Part shown: positions 23,920 to 35,629 of the stretch, piece by piece | Numbering within the stretch: position 1 is the stretch's first letter | Layout: every line of letters starts with the position of its first letter | Source of the DNA: Klebsormidium nitens | Taxonomy: Eukaryota > Plantae > Klebsormidiophyceae | Assembly: GCA_000708835.1 (NCBI GenBank) | Contig: DF237181.1 | Location: 62,001-126,000, forward strand | Direction of reading: 5' to 3' | DNA length: 64,000 bases | Translations under genes and position numbers: made by a program | The notes under the pieces: model-generated | What the model saw: the letters and a program-made list of their open reading frames with translations, nothing else | Database searches by the model: none | What the model was told of the DNA's origin: nothing

Positions 23920-26900
23920 ATGGCTCTCCCTCGGGTGCTCCGTCTTTTGGCCACTGTCTTTACCACCATATTATTTCTGAGCATTGGAGCAATGGCGCAA
24001 TGTCCACGTAAGCTTTCAAGTCTCCTTCCAAGGTTATGCGAAACGCCTGTTCCATATATAAATTGGTTTCCTATGCAATTGCAGCTTCCCTTTTTCCGCT
24101 TATAATCTCTTGCAACTTGAGTGGTCAAAGCTCACTTTATGTGCCCTGCCAACCTGTGGAGTTAGCCGACATGATATGCCAAGAAAGCAGCACTATTACC
24201 TTGTACATGCAGAAAGTTTATGCATTTTTGTGTCCTGAGGAACTCTCGGCAATGTTACCTTAAGTTCCAAAAGAAGTTTCAGTAAAACATTTTCTTTCCT
24301 CTACTCATGTAGCCGGTGCTCCTGGCTGCCCTACCTTTCCCCCCAACAACAACCCTGATTGCGGCACCGACCGTGGTGCTGCGGTAGTGACCTACAGTGT
24401 AACTGATACCTTGAGGTGAGGTGGCAACTAAACTTTCACTTGCTCGTAAGCAGTTGATGTAAAGAATGACAGAACAAAAGATGTGCAGCTTCGAGAAGAG
24501 TAGGCTGACCACTGGTTTGCAGCGGCAGACTCTTGGTTCTCATGCACATGAGAGATGCCTCTGTATCCTGCGATCGCACTTCGTGAACTTTGCATCAGGA
24601 GTTCAAAGATTCACATGCATTCCTCTTGGTGCAGAACTATCTTCAGCAACGGCTGCCCCCCTTATGACTGGAATGGCTCAAAGAGCCCTGGCCCACCTGG
24701 ACCCAATGGCACCGCTGAGTTTGCCCACGCTAAACAAAGTCAGATCAGTTTCAACATCCCCCGACGCCCTCGAATCCAGGCAGACATTGGTGACGCTCTG
24801 CGACTGGAAACCGTCAAAGGGCCTGTGGGCCAGACGCTCTTCGGACCTCCCCTCTTCAGGTGAGGTGGCAGAAGTGTGTTCTCAAGCAACGAATGGAAAA
24901 AGCTGAGTTGGTTGGTGAGCCTTAGAAACAGGTTCACTGAGCACAAAAAGTTCTCAAATAGTGTCCCTTGGACCGTGATGAAGATTCGGTTTGCATCAAG
25001 ACAGACTGTTCAGTTGAGGCACGTCTAAGTGCTCCTTACTATGAGTCCACCTTCCAGATTCCCACACTTCAGGCAGAAAATGAACCCTTTAAACTGGAGA
25101 CATACTAGCTTATACTACTCATTGTGTGCACACCCTTTCCTTCCTTCTTGTTACCACATTATCACGCACTCAGTGTACATCCCTGGTTACCAACCAGATT
25201 TCTGATCTCAGTTTAGGTCCTTCCTCTGGACATTCCAGGAGAATAGCCACGGCTGTGCTAAAACATTCAGGTGCTTCAACCTCGTAGGAAAGCTTCCCTC
25301 ACCAATTGCACTCGTTCCTTGACCCATTTGCTGACGAACAATCACCATTCCCCACTTGCAGCCCTTTCGACATCATGGGGCGCGACGCGCTGGTGTTCGA
25401 GGGGGCCACGTTTGATTCCTGCGGCGGCCACGTGGCCCCCGGCCCCGACCAGTATCACTACCACTCCACCCCGGGAGATGGCGCGGCGACCCGCCACCGA
25501 GATTCCCGCAACCTCGATTTTGATGTCTGCGACCAGCTCAACTTTTGGATGCAGCCGGACAGGAGATGGTGGCACTCTCCTCTGTTCGGGGTCATGGCTG
25601 ATGGCGTCCCAATCTACGGACCCAGGGTGAGGACGACTTCCCAAGTAACTTTCTTTCGCTAATGAACGCTTGATGGTTGACAGAGGCGGAGGCAGTAGAT
25701 TCCTTGAACCTCACGCCGTTCCTCAACCAAACGTGCGCAATTGCATGCAGATCGCACGTCAAAGGTGCTCTGATCTGCACTTCGACGGTCTGTCGTGCAA
25801 TTTCCGTTGCGCGTTTTGAGGTCGCTTTGGACGTTGACTAGGAGGTGCCAGTGGCTGAAGCCTGGGTGTCAATTTCAACCCCTTGCGGGGCTTATCTACA
25901 AGCCGTTCCGAGTGCACATGCTTCATTTCACACGTCATCAAGGACAGATTGCTCAGTTGCTTCTTGGTTTTTGTACAGGGGGATTGGGGCCAGCTGCCGA
26001 AAAACCTGGACGATTGCCAGGGGCACAAGGACACGACGCACCCGTACTACCACTACCATACCACCAGCAACTTCCCCTACCTAGTGAGTCGACTGTCTCC
26101 GTTTCCTCTCGTTGAATATTACGGATGCTTGAATGCTCTTCAGCATTTCGAGGACGGGTAAAGCTTTGTTGTGGTTACTGCTTTATCGTTCTTCCGGAAG
26201 CAACCAGAAAACGAGAGCGGAAGAACGTCCTAAGCGTTTACGTAGGAGGGATTGGATGTAGAAAGATGACTTGCATTTGAAAGGACTCGTCCTGCGTCAG
26301 GAGCTCGAGCAGGAAATGTGCCGTGGGGATGCGCCTCTCAACAGGCCACCAAGACATGTTTCATACTCCGAGCCGAACACTCGACTGTGTTTTAATCCTC
26401 CGCTCTTATGTAGATGAGTGAATTGTTATGCAACTATCAAACGACTTAAGATATCATCAGAGTGTTCCAACGGCAAACCACAGTATAGTCATGCTGGGTA
26501 ACAATTTGACAGTGCGAGCAGCTAAACTTTCAATTTCTGTGTACTGACTCTGCTTTGGACGTGCAGACCACCTGCCTGCGCGGCTGCATGGATCCGAACA
26601 TCCAACGGGGGAGGAACTGGCAAGGCGTCAACTTCCCGGCTTGCAACCCTGGCTCTGGTAAGCGCGCCTCCACCACTTTTCGGCTTTTACTGAAACTCAA
26701 AATCTATCCCTCTGTTGTCGTGCATAGGTCCGACAAGAGTCAAGTCGTTCTTTGCAACGGCAACGTACATGTTTGAGCGTGTTCGAGCGACCTAATGCGG
26801 ATCGATGAAAGTAATTTGCTTTCGAGCAATCAATTCGTGACATTTCCGTTGATCGTACTCAGCATGCTGACACCTTCAAGTACCGTTCCTGATGGTATCC

Positions 26901-27072
26901 TCGAACGGCTTGCTAAAAACCTCCGTCAAGCTGGTCCGCTTACCAGCATCGTCGTACTAACTCGCTGATGTTTTCCCCTGCAGATCAAGCCCCGTACTAC
27001 TGGCTCGACCTCGAGATCCCGGGGCTCCTCAGCCTGTTCCAGTACGGGGGGAACAACAGGAAGCTCAAGTAG
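23920..27072 (+). CDS. Secreted YHYH-domain protein, 321 aa, function unknown
   Basis: Exons 23920-24007, 24313-24415, 24635-24859, 25362-25626, 25979-26083, 26567-26657, 26984-27072 (966 nt). Signal-peptide-like start MALPRVLRLLATVFTTILFLSIGAMAQ; YHYH-family motifs FSNGCP, DSCGGH..QYHYH, MADGVPIYGP, LDDCQGH..YYHYH...FPY..TCLRG. Confidence 0.85.
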
Positions 27073-28150
27073 AAACCGTCTTGAGCCGACGGTTGAGTTC
27101 CGCTTGGATCCCAGCAATGGTCCACGCGCAGGGTATGAGCCTGCTTGTTGTGTTTCGTATTTACTAGTACATAGTATAAAGGACAGCGTCGCGGCGTATG
27201 TACGTATGTATAATAGAGATTATGTAGAGAGTTTGCCACTTTGTAGAGTGCAGCTGCGAAGTCAAGGATCCATCTCGTCGCACGTGAAAGGAAAAGCTTG
27301 GTGTGTGAAGAAATACATGGAGGTTCGATCTGCCCTCAGAATTAATCAAATCGTGATTGTCCTATATTTCAATTAGCAAGGCCTCGGCCAACATGTGCGC
27401 GACTTTACTTGCCCTATGCAAAAGTGAGCAAATTACAAACCCCGCATGCAGGAGATGACTTTCTCCTTATAGATCTGAGCATATGGACTCAGCGTCTCTG
27501 ACATGCCATGACGGAGTCCTTAATCCCTCCTTGCATGTGACTCCGTGGCAGTAATGTTTTAGTGGAAACCATGCTGTCCATGCCGAGCATAACATTCGCA
27601 AAGCCACCTCACTGCACTGCAAGACGCCGTTGTTGAATTCGAGTAGCATGCGTTCTTTGACTTCATAATTATATGGAACCAATTGAAAAGGTTAGGAGAA
27701 CCTGCTTTCTTTTCAATGCGGGTGGATAATTGCAATATCGGAGAATCCAGACTGTTTGCTTGTGGTTGTCCGACGCATGTGATGGGGTGCGCGGTAGCAT
27801 ACAACGAAGTTTAGCATACCTTTTGGGCTGCCATAGAAAGAGTACTGCATCGCCGTATATTCGGAGCTTTGGAATCAAGAATTTCAAGGCAGGGCTATGA
27901 AACAATTTTCCATTTGGTTGCAGCCGGAAATGAATCGCATGGGTTCTCAATATGAAACGCGTCGTCAAAGGCTGATGTTAATTTCTCTCTGCCACTCTCT
28001 TCTCGCTTCACAAGTTGCCCGACCGTTCCGACAGTTTCTGCCGTTTGCTTTGCATAGGTACGCGCCTCTTAGATTGTGACTATTAATGTACCCATCGAAT
28101 CTGCATTCTCCTGAGACCCTGAAAAAGCACCGGCGACGGACGAGATCGCC

Positions 28151-31100
28151 CTACATGTTCCCTTCCGGCGCGTCCCAACGGCCCACCAGATATCTAGCGG
28201 AGGAAGTCTTCAAATGCTCCGTCAGAAGATGCGGCCGCGTGCTTTTCGCCGCTCTTGTCGGGCCGCTGCTGACGACAGCTTTCTTTGGGGGACGGGTCGA
28301 GATGAAGGCGTCGTCGGTACGCGCGCGCAAGACCACCTTCTCGATCTCAGGGTCCGCGTTGAAGCCTGAGAAGGTGACAGGGACACTCGTGGAACCCAGA
28401 AAACTTTGCGGAGCAATCTGCTGTCTTTTTGCAACGACCAGGAGATTGGCTCCGCTCGTCTTCGCCAATTAAAGAGCACCTCGCAAGGAAATGAACCTCA
28501 GCTAAACTTCGCACGCCAAGCTGTAGACTCAATCTCAACTTCGCTTGACACTCTTCAACTCCGTCCATCAATATAAGAACCTCTCCCAACCTCAGTATTC
28601 AAGAAAGGAACAGAGTTCGGCCTCACCCGTCACCAACCAGTCGAAGGGGAGTGCCTTGTACACCGAATCATTCCCGGCCACGAAGCAGAAGCACAGAGAA
28701 GAGCAGGCCATGTATAAGTCCACCCACTCGAGCGGCGAGTCTCGGGCGGCCATTGTGATGAACGGGAAGTTCTTGGGGATGACCACCAGCTGCCCGGCAG
28801 AAACTTCCTGGTCTAGCGCATTCGTTCCACCGGGCGCCGCGACCTGAATACGCCCTTTGCCCCGGGTGAAGTAAGTGACGCGGTGCGCGGGAAAGTACCG
28901 GCTCGGGGCGAAGATTGCGTCCTACATGGAAGGGTGAAGTCTACATGTTTCCAGAGCTCAAAGAAAGCGTGAGTGCTTGGAGTGGGCAGTGGTTGAAGTT
29001 CAAAGCCGAGCGCGATCTGCGAAGCGAAGTGTAAATTTGAAACGAAGCTCCGAGAGGAATCGGAGGTCTTCTGAATGCTGAAGAGTGTGCATTGGCATGG
29101 GGTGCAATTCTGTTGGTAAAAGTGGGCACTGAGATAGAAAAAGCCGACGCGATTCTTTCACTATTTGCACCACTCGGGACACGAGAGCAGCGGCAATGCA
29201 AAATAGTATGCCAACTTCTGAGACGTGGAACGCGTTTCCTGATTCTGTACCAACTGCTCGATCTGGAGTTGCAACAATGATTCTGTGAGCGCATAACTAT
29301 GTTGAAGTTCCATTGCAGTTTTTCACGGCTGTTACAACGTGACCGGATTCTCCAATTGCATTTAACTTTGTAGGAGAAAGGAGCTTTTTGCGATTCCTCC
29401 TCCGTGGCAGAAAGAAACCCACATTTTAAATTGCGGACAGGGCGGCGCGTGGTTCCTTACCGGCTTCAGCGTCGCATATGCGGCGCTAATGTCGACCTTC
29501 TCGAGAGACGGCAGCCTAGATACGGTCACAGCTTTGTATGACCCGCCCTTGTTTACGATATCCGGCGGCGTCTCCTCCAGGTTGAAGCGCATGTCCCCGA
29601 GAGGCCAGTCGACAGCCGCGCGCGTGGGCCCGTGCGCGCGCCCGCGCCCGCGCTTCTTCTTATCGAGCTTGATGATGGACGCGCCTTTCTCTGACGGCAG
29701 CAGCTGTTCGACCGTCGGCTCGTCGACGTTGAACGCGGCCGCGAGGACGTCTTTCGAGAAGCCGTTGAGGATGGAAGCGCCGCCGGACTTGTCGTCGCGG
29801 TTGCCGAAAAGCGTGAAGTTCTGCGCAGCCAGACAGCACGGTTTGGCGGATAGAAGATACTATGAGACTCACTTCAAAGGCTGGACCGACTCACTTCAAA
29901 GGCTGGACCTTCGTGAGCGGAATAGAAACAACCAATCCTTTGATTAACATAACCAATCTCGGTAACACCCAAGGCAAGCTTGCTTCAAAACAAGATGCAG
30001 CGGAACTTATCCGGGAGAAACGGAGCCTTTTAGTTCTAGTTTAGTTATGGAAATAGTGGGATGCGTAGTCACTAACTTCAAGAACCGGTTTGTCAACTTC
30101 TGCGGTCTCTCGAACTCGACTTAAGGAATGCATGGTGCCACTTCCTGACGCAAATCGGACGCGAATCTGACATCTGCATAGTAAAAAGCCACCATTACTC
30201 GTTACTAAACCCCTTAATATATCCTGCCGCCTCACTACAAGATCAAACAGCGTTGCCGTGCCACTTTTCGCCTTCTCCGTCCTTGAAGAGTACGATTCTT
30301 TTGACGCTCCTCAACCAGAAAGAAGTCTGAGAGGAGACCCTACCGTAGGACTGTCCAGGCCACACGCGCGCTCCGTGCCGCGGTCCACGCCCAAGATCTT
30401 GAATATTTCGCTGCCGTCGTTGTGCAGGCCAAAGACGTGGCCCTCTGGGAGGACGACCACGTCACCCTGCTTCAGCCGGCGCAGGCTAGTAGGCACGACG
30501 GGGTCGATCAGCTCCGCTCTCGCAGACCCTGGAGGCAGAGAACGGGTTAATGCTTGAACTTTTAGGAATCTAACCCATCTCCCACGGCTTGAATGATCCG
30601 TAACGAGATGTTGAAGATCATGCGCTTGCGCAGTATATTAAGAGATGAACTTTGGAGTGGGCTCGACTAGAAAGTGCAATTTACGAAACATTAACTAAGG
30701 CCTGCGAGTGATGTTCTCGTAATGAGTTTGCGGTTGCAAAGCTTCGACGCAAGTGCCAACAGAACAGTTGAGTCATTTGGGACTACAAGAGGCTGAATAG
30801 AAGAAGAGGAAGAGGTCCTCTGAGCAAATCCATTGCTCCATATTGACTTTACGTCACACCTCGGCGACCGCCATACTACTGTCTTGCAATGCACATTCGG
30901 GCATTTGCTCTTTGACAACCCTCGAGCTGACCGAAGTGATTGAGCTAGAGATTGTCGCAGTCTTCGCATGAATACCTTGGTTGCTCAGAGGAACAGATTT
31001 GGAGCCCCAAAAGAGTTCATTCCGACGTAGCCTCCTCTTCCGCGCACGAGATTGCCTAAAGAAGCCAGTGACGTCCCTCTCACCTTCCAGCACGTATCCC

Positions 31101-31333
31101 AGCGACTGTGCGTTCGAATACTGGGGCAGCAACATTCCCCCGGGCTCCAGAATCAGTTCCTTTACTCCCACCCGCGCCCACTTCTCCACAGCTGTAGAGG
31201 GGCCCCACTGTCGGAGGGATCCCCCCTCGCTCTTGAACACCTCTTTCGGTCCCGGGGGAATGAGCTCATATCCCCCGCAAGAAACTGAGAGCGGGCGCGA
31301 GAGGCCCGAGACAGCGAGAAGTGCGCGCGCCAT
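28151..31333 (-). CDS. Bicupin, 11S globulin/legumin-like (RmlC-like cupin), 434 aa
   Basis: Exons 31333-31084, 30528-30344, 29820-29461, 28921-28627, 28365-28151 (1305 nt). Motifs LEPGGMLLPQYSNA..GYVLEG, LKQGDVVVLPEG, SILNGFSKDVLAAAFNVD, VTYFTRGKGRIQV, GQLVVIPKNF and AGNDSVYKALP match the two-domain legumin-like cupin pattern. Confidence 0.9.
29866..29909. repeat. 22-bp perfect tandem duplication in cupin intron 2
   Basis: GACTCACTTCAAAGGCTGGACC at 29866-29887 and 29888-29909. Confidence 0.95.
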
Positions 31334-31691
31334 GATTCTAGTGCGGGTGTAAAAAAGCTGCTGCTGCTCTTATCGTTGACTTGGGCGCTTCTCTGAAAGC
31401 TTCTCGGATGCTCGTTTTGAGTCGACGCCACCTGCATTCGATTCACGAGAGCCGATTCGTCAATGAGAAGCTCCGCTTTTCACCTTGCACAGTCCTACAG
31501 AACCCTGTACTTCAAACTGAGAGACTCAAGACTCAAGTGCTGAAGTTCCTGCGGAACGAAGGCACAGCCCAGACACCCCGTAAGCATTGCAGGCCGAGAG
31601 CTTCACGAGCATGACTACTGAGTCAGCTTGCACTTCTCGTCATTTTGATCGGGAACAAGTCTGTCTCTTTCGGATCGCCGCAACTAGTATC

Positions 31692-31736
31692 CGCCCACGT
31701 GGGCGCTGAGCCGTACGTTCTTCCGCGGCGCATGCA
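31692..31736. promoter_or_regulatory. Candidate G-box (14-bp perfect palindrome CGCCCACGTGGGCG) plus RY-like CATGCA, ~360-400 bp upstream of the cupin ATG
   Basis: Palindrome at 31692-31705 with CACGTG core 31696-31701; CATGCA at 31731-31736. Motif presence only, no functional evidence. Confidence 0.35.
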
Positions 31737-33050
31737 CCCGTTCGTCAGCTCAAGAGCCTTATAATCTGGCCTTATCTAATTTAATTTGCCTTTCTGGGAG
31801 TCTCTCGGCCAGTCCACGAAGTTCCTCTAGTCTGGACACTTACAAATTGCAACCAGGAGTCTTCACCACTGCTTCCAGTGGGGAGGCTCTGTCTCTCGCT
31901 TCGTAAATGGATAAGATCAGGAGGCGTCAGTTGAGATTGAGCCAAAAGGAGAAGCTGCCCACCAAGCACCCTTTTGGAGACCAGGGAGAACATGGGAGGG
32001 AGCAGTCGAACCTCCAGAAAGGTCATGAAATCGATAACTGAAGTGGCTCATCTTGCCTGGAAGAAGGGTGCCCCGGCCGCTGTCACGGAGCTTCCTCAAC
32101 GCCGCAAGGACTTCCCAGGAAGACTGGGATGCCATTGCTAACCAGGAGACTTGAGTCATTTCATGAAAGAGAAACTCGAATCCGCAATTTCAGAGCGCTT
32201 GTGATTGGAACATGCTATTCTGCTAAGAATTTATGTCATATGGCGCTGAATCAGAGCCCAATCAGAGCTCATCGGCTCATTGAGCCAACTAACCATAAGC
32301 CAATCGCAGTTCGATGACTTGGTAATTCAGAACGAATTTCTCCGTACGTGGACCTTGGGGTGACTTCTAATCATGGCCGTCTTCGAGGCGGAGGCCCCAT
32401 GCACCGTTTGTGCCATCGACCCCTGGAGTCACTTCGGAGCCGCCCTGCATGCGCGGGCCGCCGCCCAAGGATTCGCCGACCCGCGGCCGGGTCTCAACTA
32501 GGTTGATCCTGCCAGAGACCAGCCTGAGTTGAATCTAATCATTACCACAGCGGCTCAGGCTCCGTCCGATCCGTTCATTCCCGCTCGCTATTGGTTTCAG
32601 CTCTGAAAATTCCGCCCGCTATAGTTGCTTGGCCCTGGGCTTGGCCAGCTGCAAGCAAGCTGAGGCGCAGCAGCAGAGGCTAGAGCCCGTTGCCCAAGCA
32701 CAATTTCACAAATCAAGGTCAAGGATTATTATCATTGATATCAATCAGGGCCGCCATTTTCCAAGGCGCAAGGCAGACCTATCAGTGCAGGCATCAGCAG
32801 GCACTTTGTTGTGCAATTACTGAATCGGATGAGAACTTGGAAGCTTATGTTTGAGTAGGACCCGTCGTTTGTGATAGCATTGCAAGCACGCACCGCCTGG
32901 AGCGCAGGCATGAGGGGAAGGCCAAGCACTCAAGTTTCAACCTAAGTGCCTGACTGTTCTGGTCACAACGCTTGCACATGGCACAGTGACCGGCCATATT
33001 TTTCTCCAACTTCTGCAAGCCACAGGCGCCAAGATTGGGTTCCTATTCAG

Positions 33051-34332
33051 ATGGTGTACATAGAGTCATGGGACGAGTTTGCGGAGAAAGCGGAGATGCT
33101 CTTCCGGGCAGAGCCCTTGAGGGTGCGCACCACCCTAGCTTTTGATTTTTTTTTAGAATGTTGAGAAAAGTCTGCATTCATTGGGGGTGGCGCTGGACAA
33201 AGAAGAGCCCCATTCATTTTAAGTATGGCGTGTTAGTCCTCATCATTGCTCGAGTGCGTACTTCAAGTTGGCGGATTTGGGGTTGCTGAACTCAAGGAAT
33301 GTTGTCCCTTGCTGTTTCCAACAAGAGATCCCTTGTGGCTCATGAACGTCTGAAAAATCCCAGAAAGAGGCCACTTATTCTTGATTGACTTCCTCATTTT
33401 TCCAGACGCGATACTGCGTAAAGTACCGGCACCGGGAGGGGTTACTTGTGCTCAAAGTGACCGATGACAAAGTGGTGAGCAACAAGGATCACTCTGCTTC
33501 TTGGCACAGGCAATCCTTTGTGTCGACTGACTGTCTCGATTTGGCGCCTTTGCAATGCATGATTATGAACTCATTTGTCGATTCGTTAATCTGTTAATTT
33601 GTTGATTATTTGGTCTCTCTATGTTTGGTGGCCCCTTCCGGTCTGTTGACGGCTTGGAGTGTCTTTATGTCTTTTCATTGATTTAGTTTGAGGGGGTTAA
33701 CTTTTTCTTTGTTTCGCAGTGCTTGAAGTTCAAGACAGATCAGGCGCAGGACGCGAAAAAGATGGAGAAGCTGAACACGCTCTTCTTTACTTTGATGACA
33801 AAGGGCGAAAACGGTGAGGCAACACTGTTCCCTTAAGAACACCTTGGTCAGAAATATTTCATGACAATCTTGACTTCTCTGCTTCAAGGACCTCTTACAC
33901 GACAAGATACAGCCCCTTGCTTGCCTCAGGGGGGTTTTGGGAGGGGAGATGGCGTGTTGGCGGGAACATCAATGTGACCCGTTTGTCCGTGGCTTCTCTG
34001 AGACGTTGCATAGAAGTGCTATCAGCGTCATGTTTGAAGTCTGCAAACCAAATGCATTCACCTTCTGAGAGCCGTTCATCTCTGCTTTCAGTCCTTTCTG
34101 GTTGCGACACAAGTAGATTGGCTGCAGTGCTTCGCTTCCAGCAAGGTGAAGCTCGAGACCTCAGCTTGTTGACGTACTATTTGCTGTCATGCTGATCTGA
34201 CCAACTCTTTTCAACAAATCGTGTGTACCAATATGTCATATGTACGTCTTTGCAGCACCCGCTCCGGAAGACGTTGTCATGCCTGATGTACAACAAGCTC
34301 CGCCCTCCAAGAAGGGCCGGGGCCGGAAGTGA
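33051..34332 (+). CDS. SRP9: Signal recognition particle 9 kDa subunit, 103 aa
   Basis: Exons 33051-33122, 33406-33474, 33720-33813, 34256-34332: MVYIESWDEFAEKAEMLFRAEPLRTRYCVKYRHREGLLVLKVTDDKVCLKFKTDQAQDAKKMEKLNTLFFTLMTKGENAPAPEDVVMPDVQQAPPSKKGRGRK. Confidence 0.95.
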
Positions 34333-35629
34333 TAGGAATCAACTCGAACGGGGGGTAAAAAAGGGTGGGGGCACGATATATGGCGTTTAGCTTCCTTACA
34401 ACACCTGCCACCAAGAGCTGGGGAGAACAATGGTCAAAGAGTCCTCTACAGCGCTTGTTGTAGCAAGCTTCAATGAAGCTTCATCGAACTTGTCCCATTT
34501 TTTTTGTGAAGTCACGAAACAGGTCGAAATCTGGAGAAGGAAAGCTCCAATGTTCCGGCAACAATTGCAATCTAGCCTTTTTGAACTCAAGGACACGCAT
34601 TGATCAGGTTCTTGATTGATTGATATGAGATAAAGTCGACAACGAGTCAAGCAGGCGGACCGCAGGTCCCCAGCCCGCCAAAATTAGATCTGGTTACGCG
34701 TCACCAATAGTACGGCAAGAATTGAGCTCCACAGTTCAGAGCTTCCGAGAGAAGGCGTACATTACATATGCACCTGAGTCAGTGAGACGGCCGCCCAATG
34801 TACTTCTCCCAAGGCTTCTAGCCAGATCTACCTAGCTTGGCATTCGACATGTAGTGACGAAAACTGTCAGGTGCATGCGGAGTTTCGCCGAGTCTGGGCA
34901 TACAATTCGTGTCACTCTGGCCGGTGCCGCCAAATACCAGCGCGGCCCATGCCAATACTAGGCATGACAGCTAGCAGCTTGCAACGTAATTTCAACTTTG
35001 AGGGGAGATATTTAAAATACCAGCCTCATGGTAAATCATTGAATTGAGTTCAATGGACCGCGGCGTCAGCTTCACTGATCGCTAGCTCTATATACCCATG
35101 CATGATTGATTCAGCTGGCCGCGGCCGCCATGGGTGCATGAGCCTGCACGAATGCTGCGCAATCTAGGCTGAGCCTGTCTTGGTTATATAGTATAGCTAG
35201 GCTGCCAGCTGCATTTAGTATCGACGGTATTGGCGGGCTGCCACTGGCAGGTTAGCACCGATGGCTATTGTCGAACAGACTCCAGCTCCAACTGGCAAAT
35301 TGCATTCTCAGCACCATGCTCATATAATGCAGAAGATGTCCTAGACAGATTGGCGGCGAAATTCATGTCACGCTCCGACTGAATAGATGGATTTGTCACG
35401 AAAGGCTGTCATGTATCCAGGTCCGACATCTCATGGGTGGTGGATAACAAATGACATCTGGTTGGAGCCGTTGCAGGCATGCCAGGCCCCTACTTAAACG
35501 CGTCATCACCTGTTGACCCGCGTCGAACTTTACTCGGTTCGATTCCGCACCGAGTCCGTCTGGAAATATCCACATGTGCAGCTGTTTGCTGGTATGCGCG
35601 CTCAAGAGCAGATAGGCTTAATAAAACTC

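Noticed and set aside
25217-25270. Possible 54-nt in-frame cassette exon in YHYH intron 3 (tttag|G..AG|gtgctt)
   Set aside because: The direct join gives the family-like GQTLFGPPLFSPFD sequence without it, the donor is weak, and nothing supports inclusion.
32501-32515. GGTTGATCCTGCCAG, identical to the conserved 5' start of 18S rRNA
   Set aside because: Only 15 nt match; the flanks do not continue as rRNA. Treated as chance or an unidentifiable remnant.
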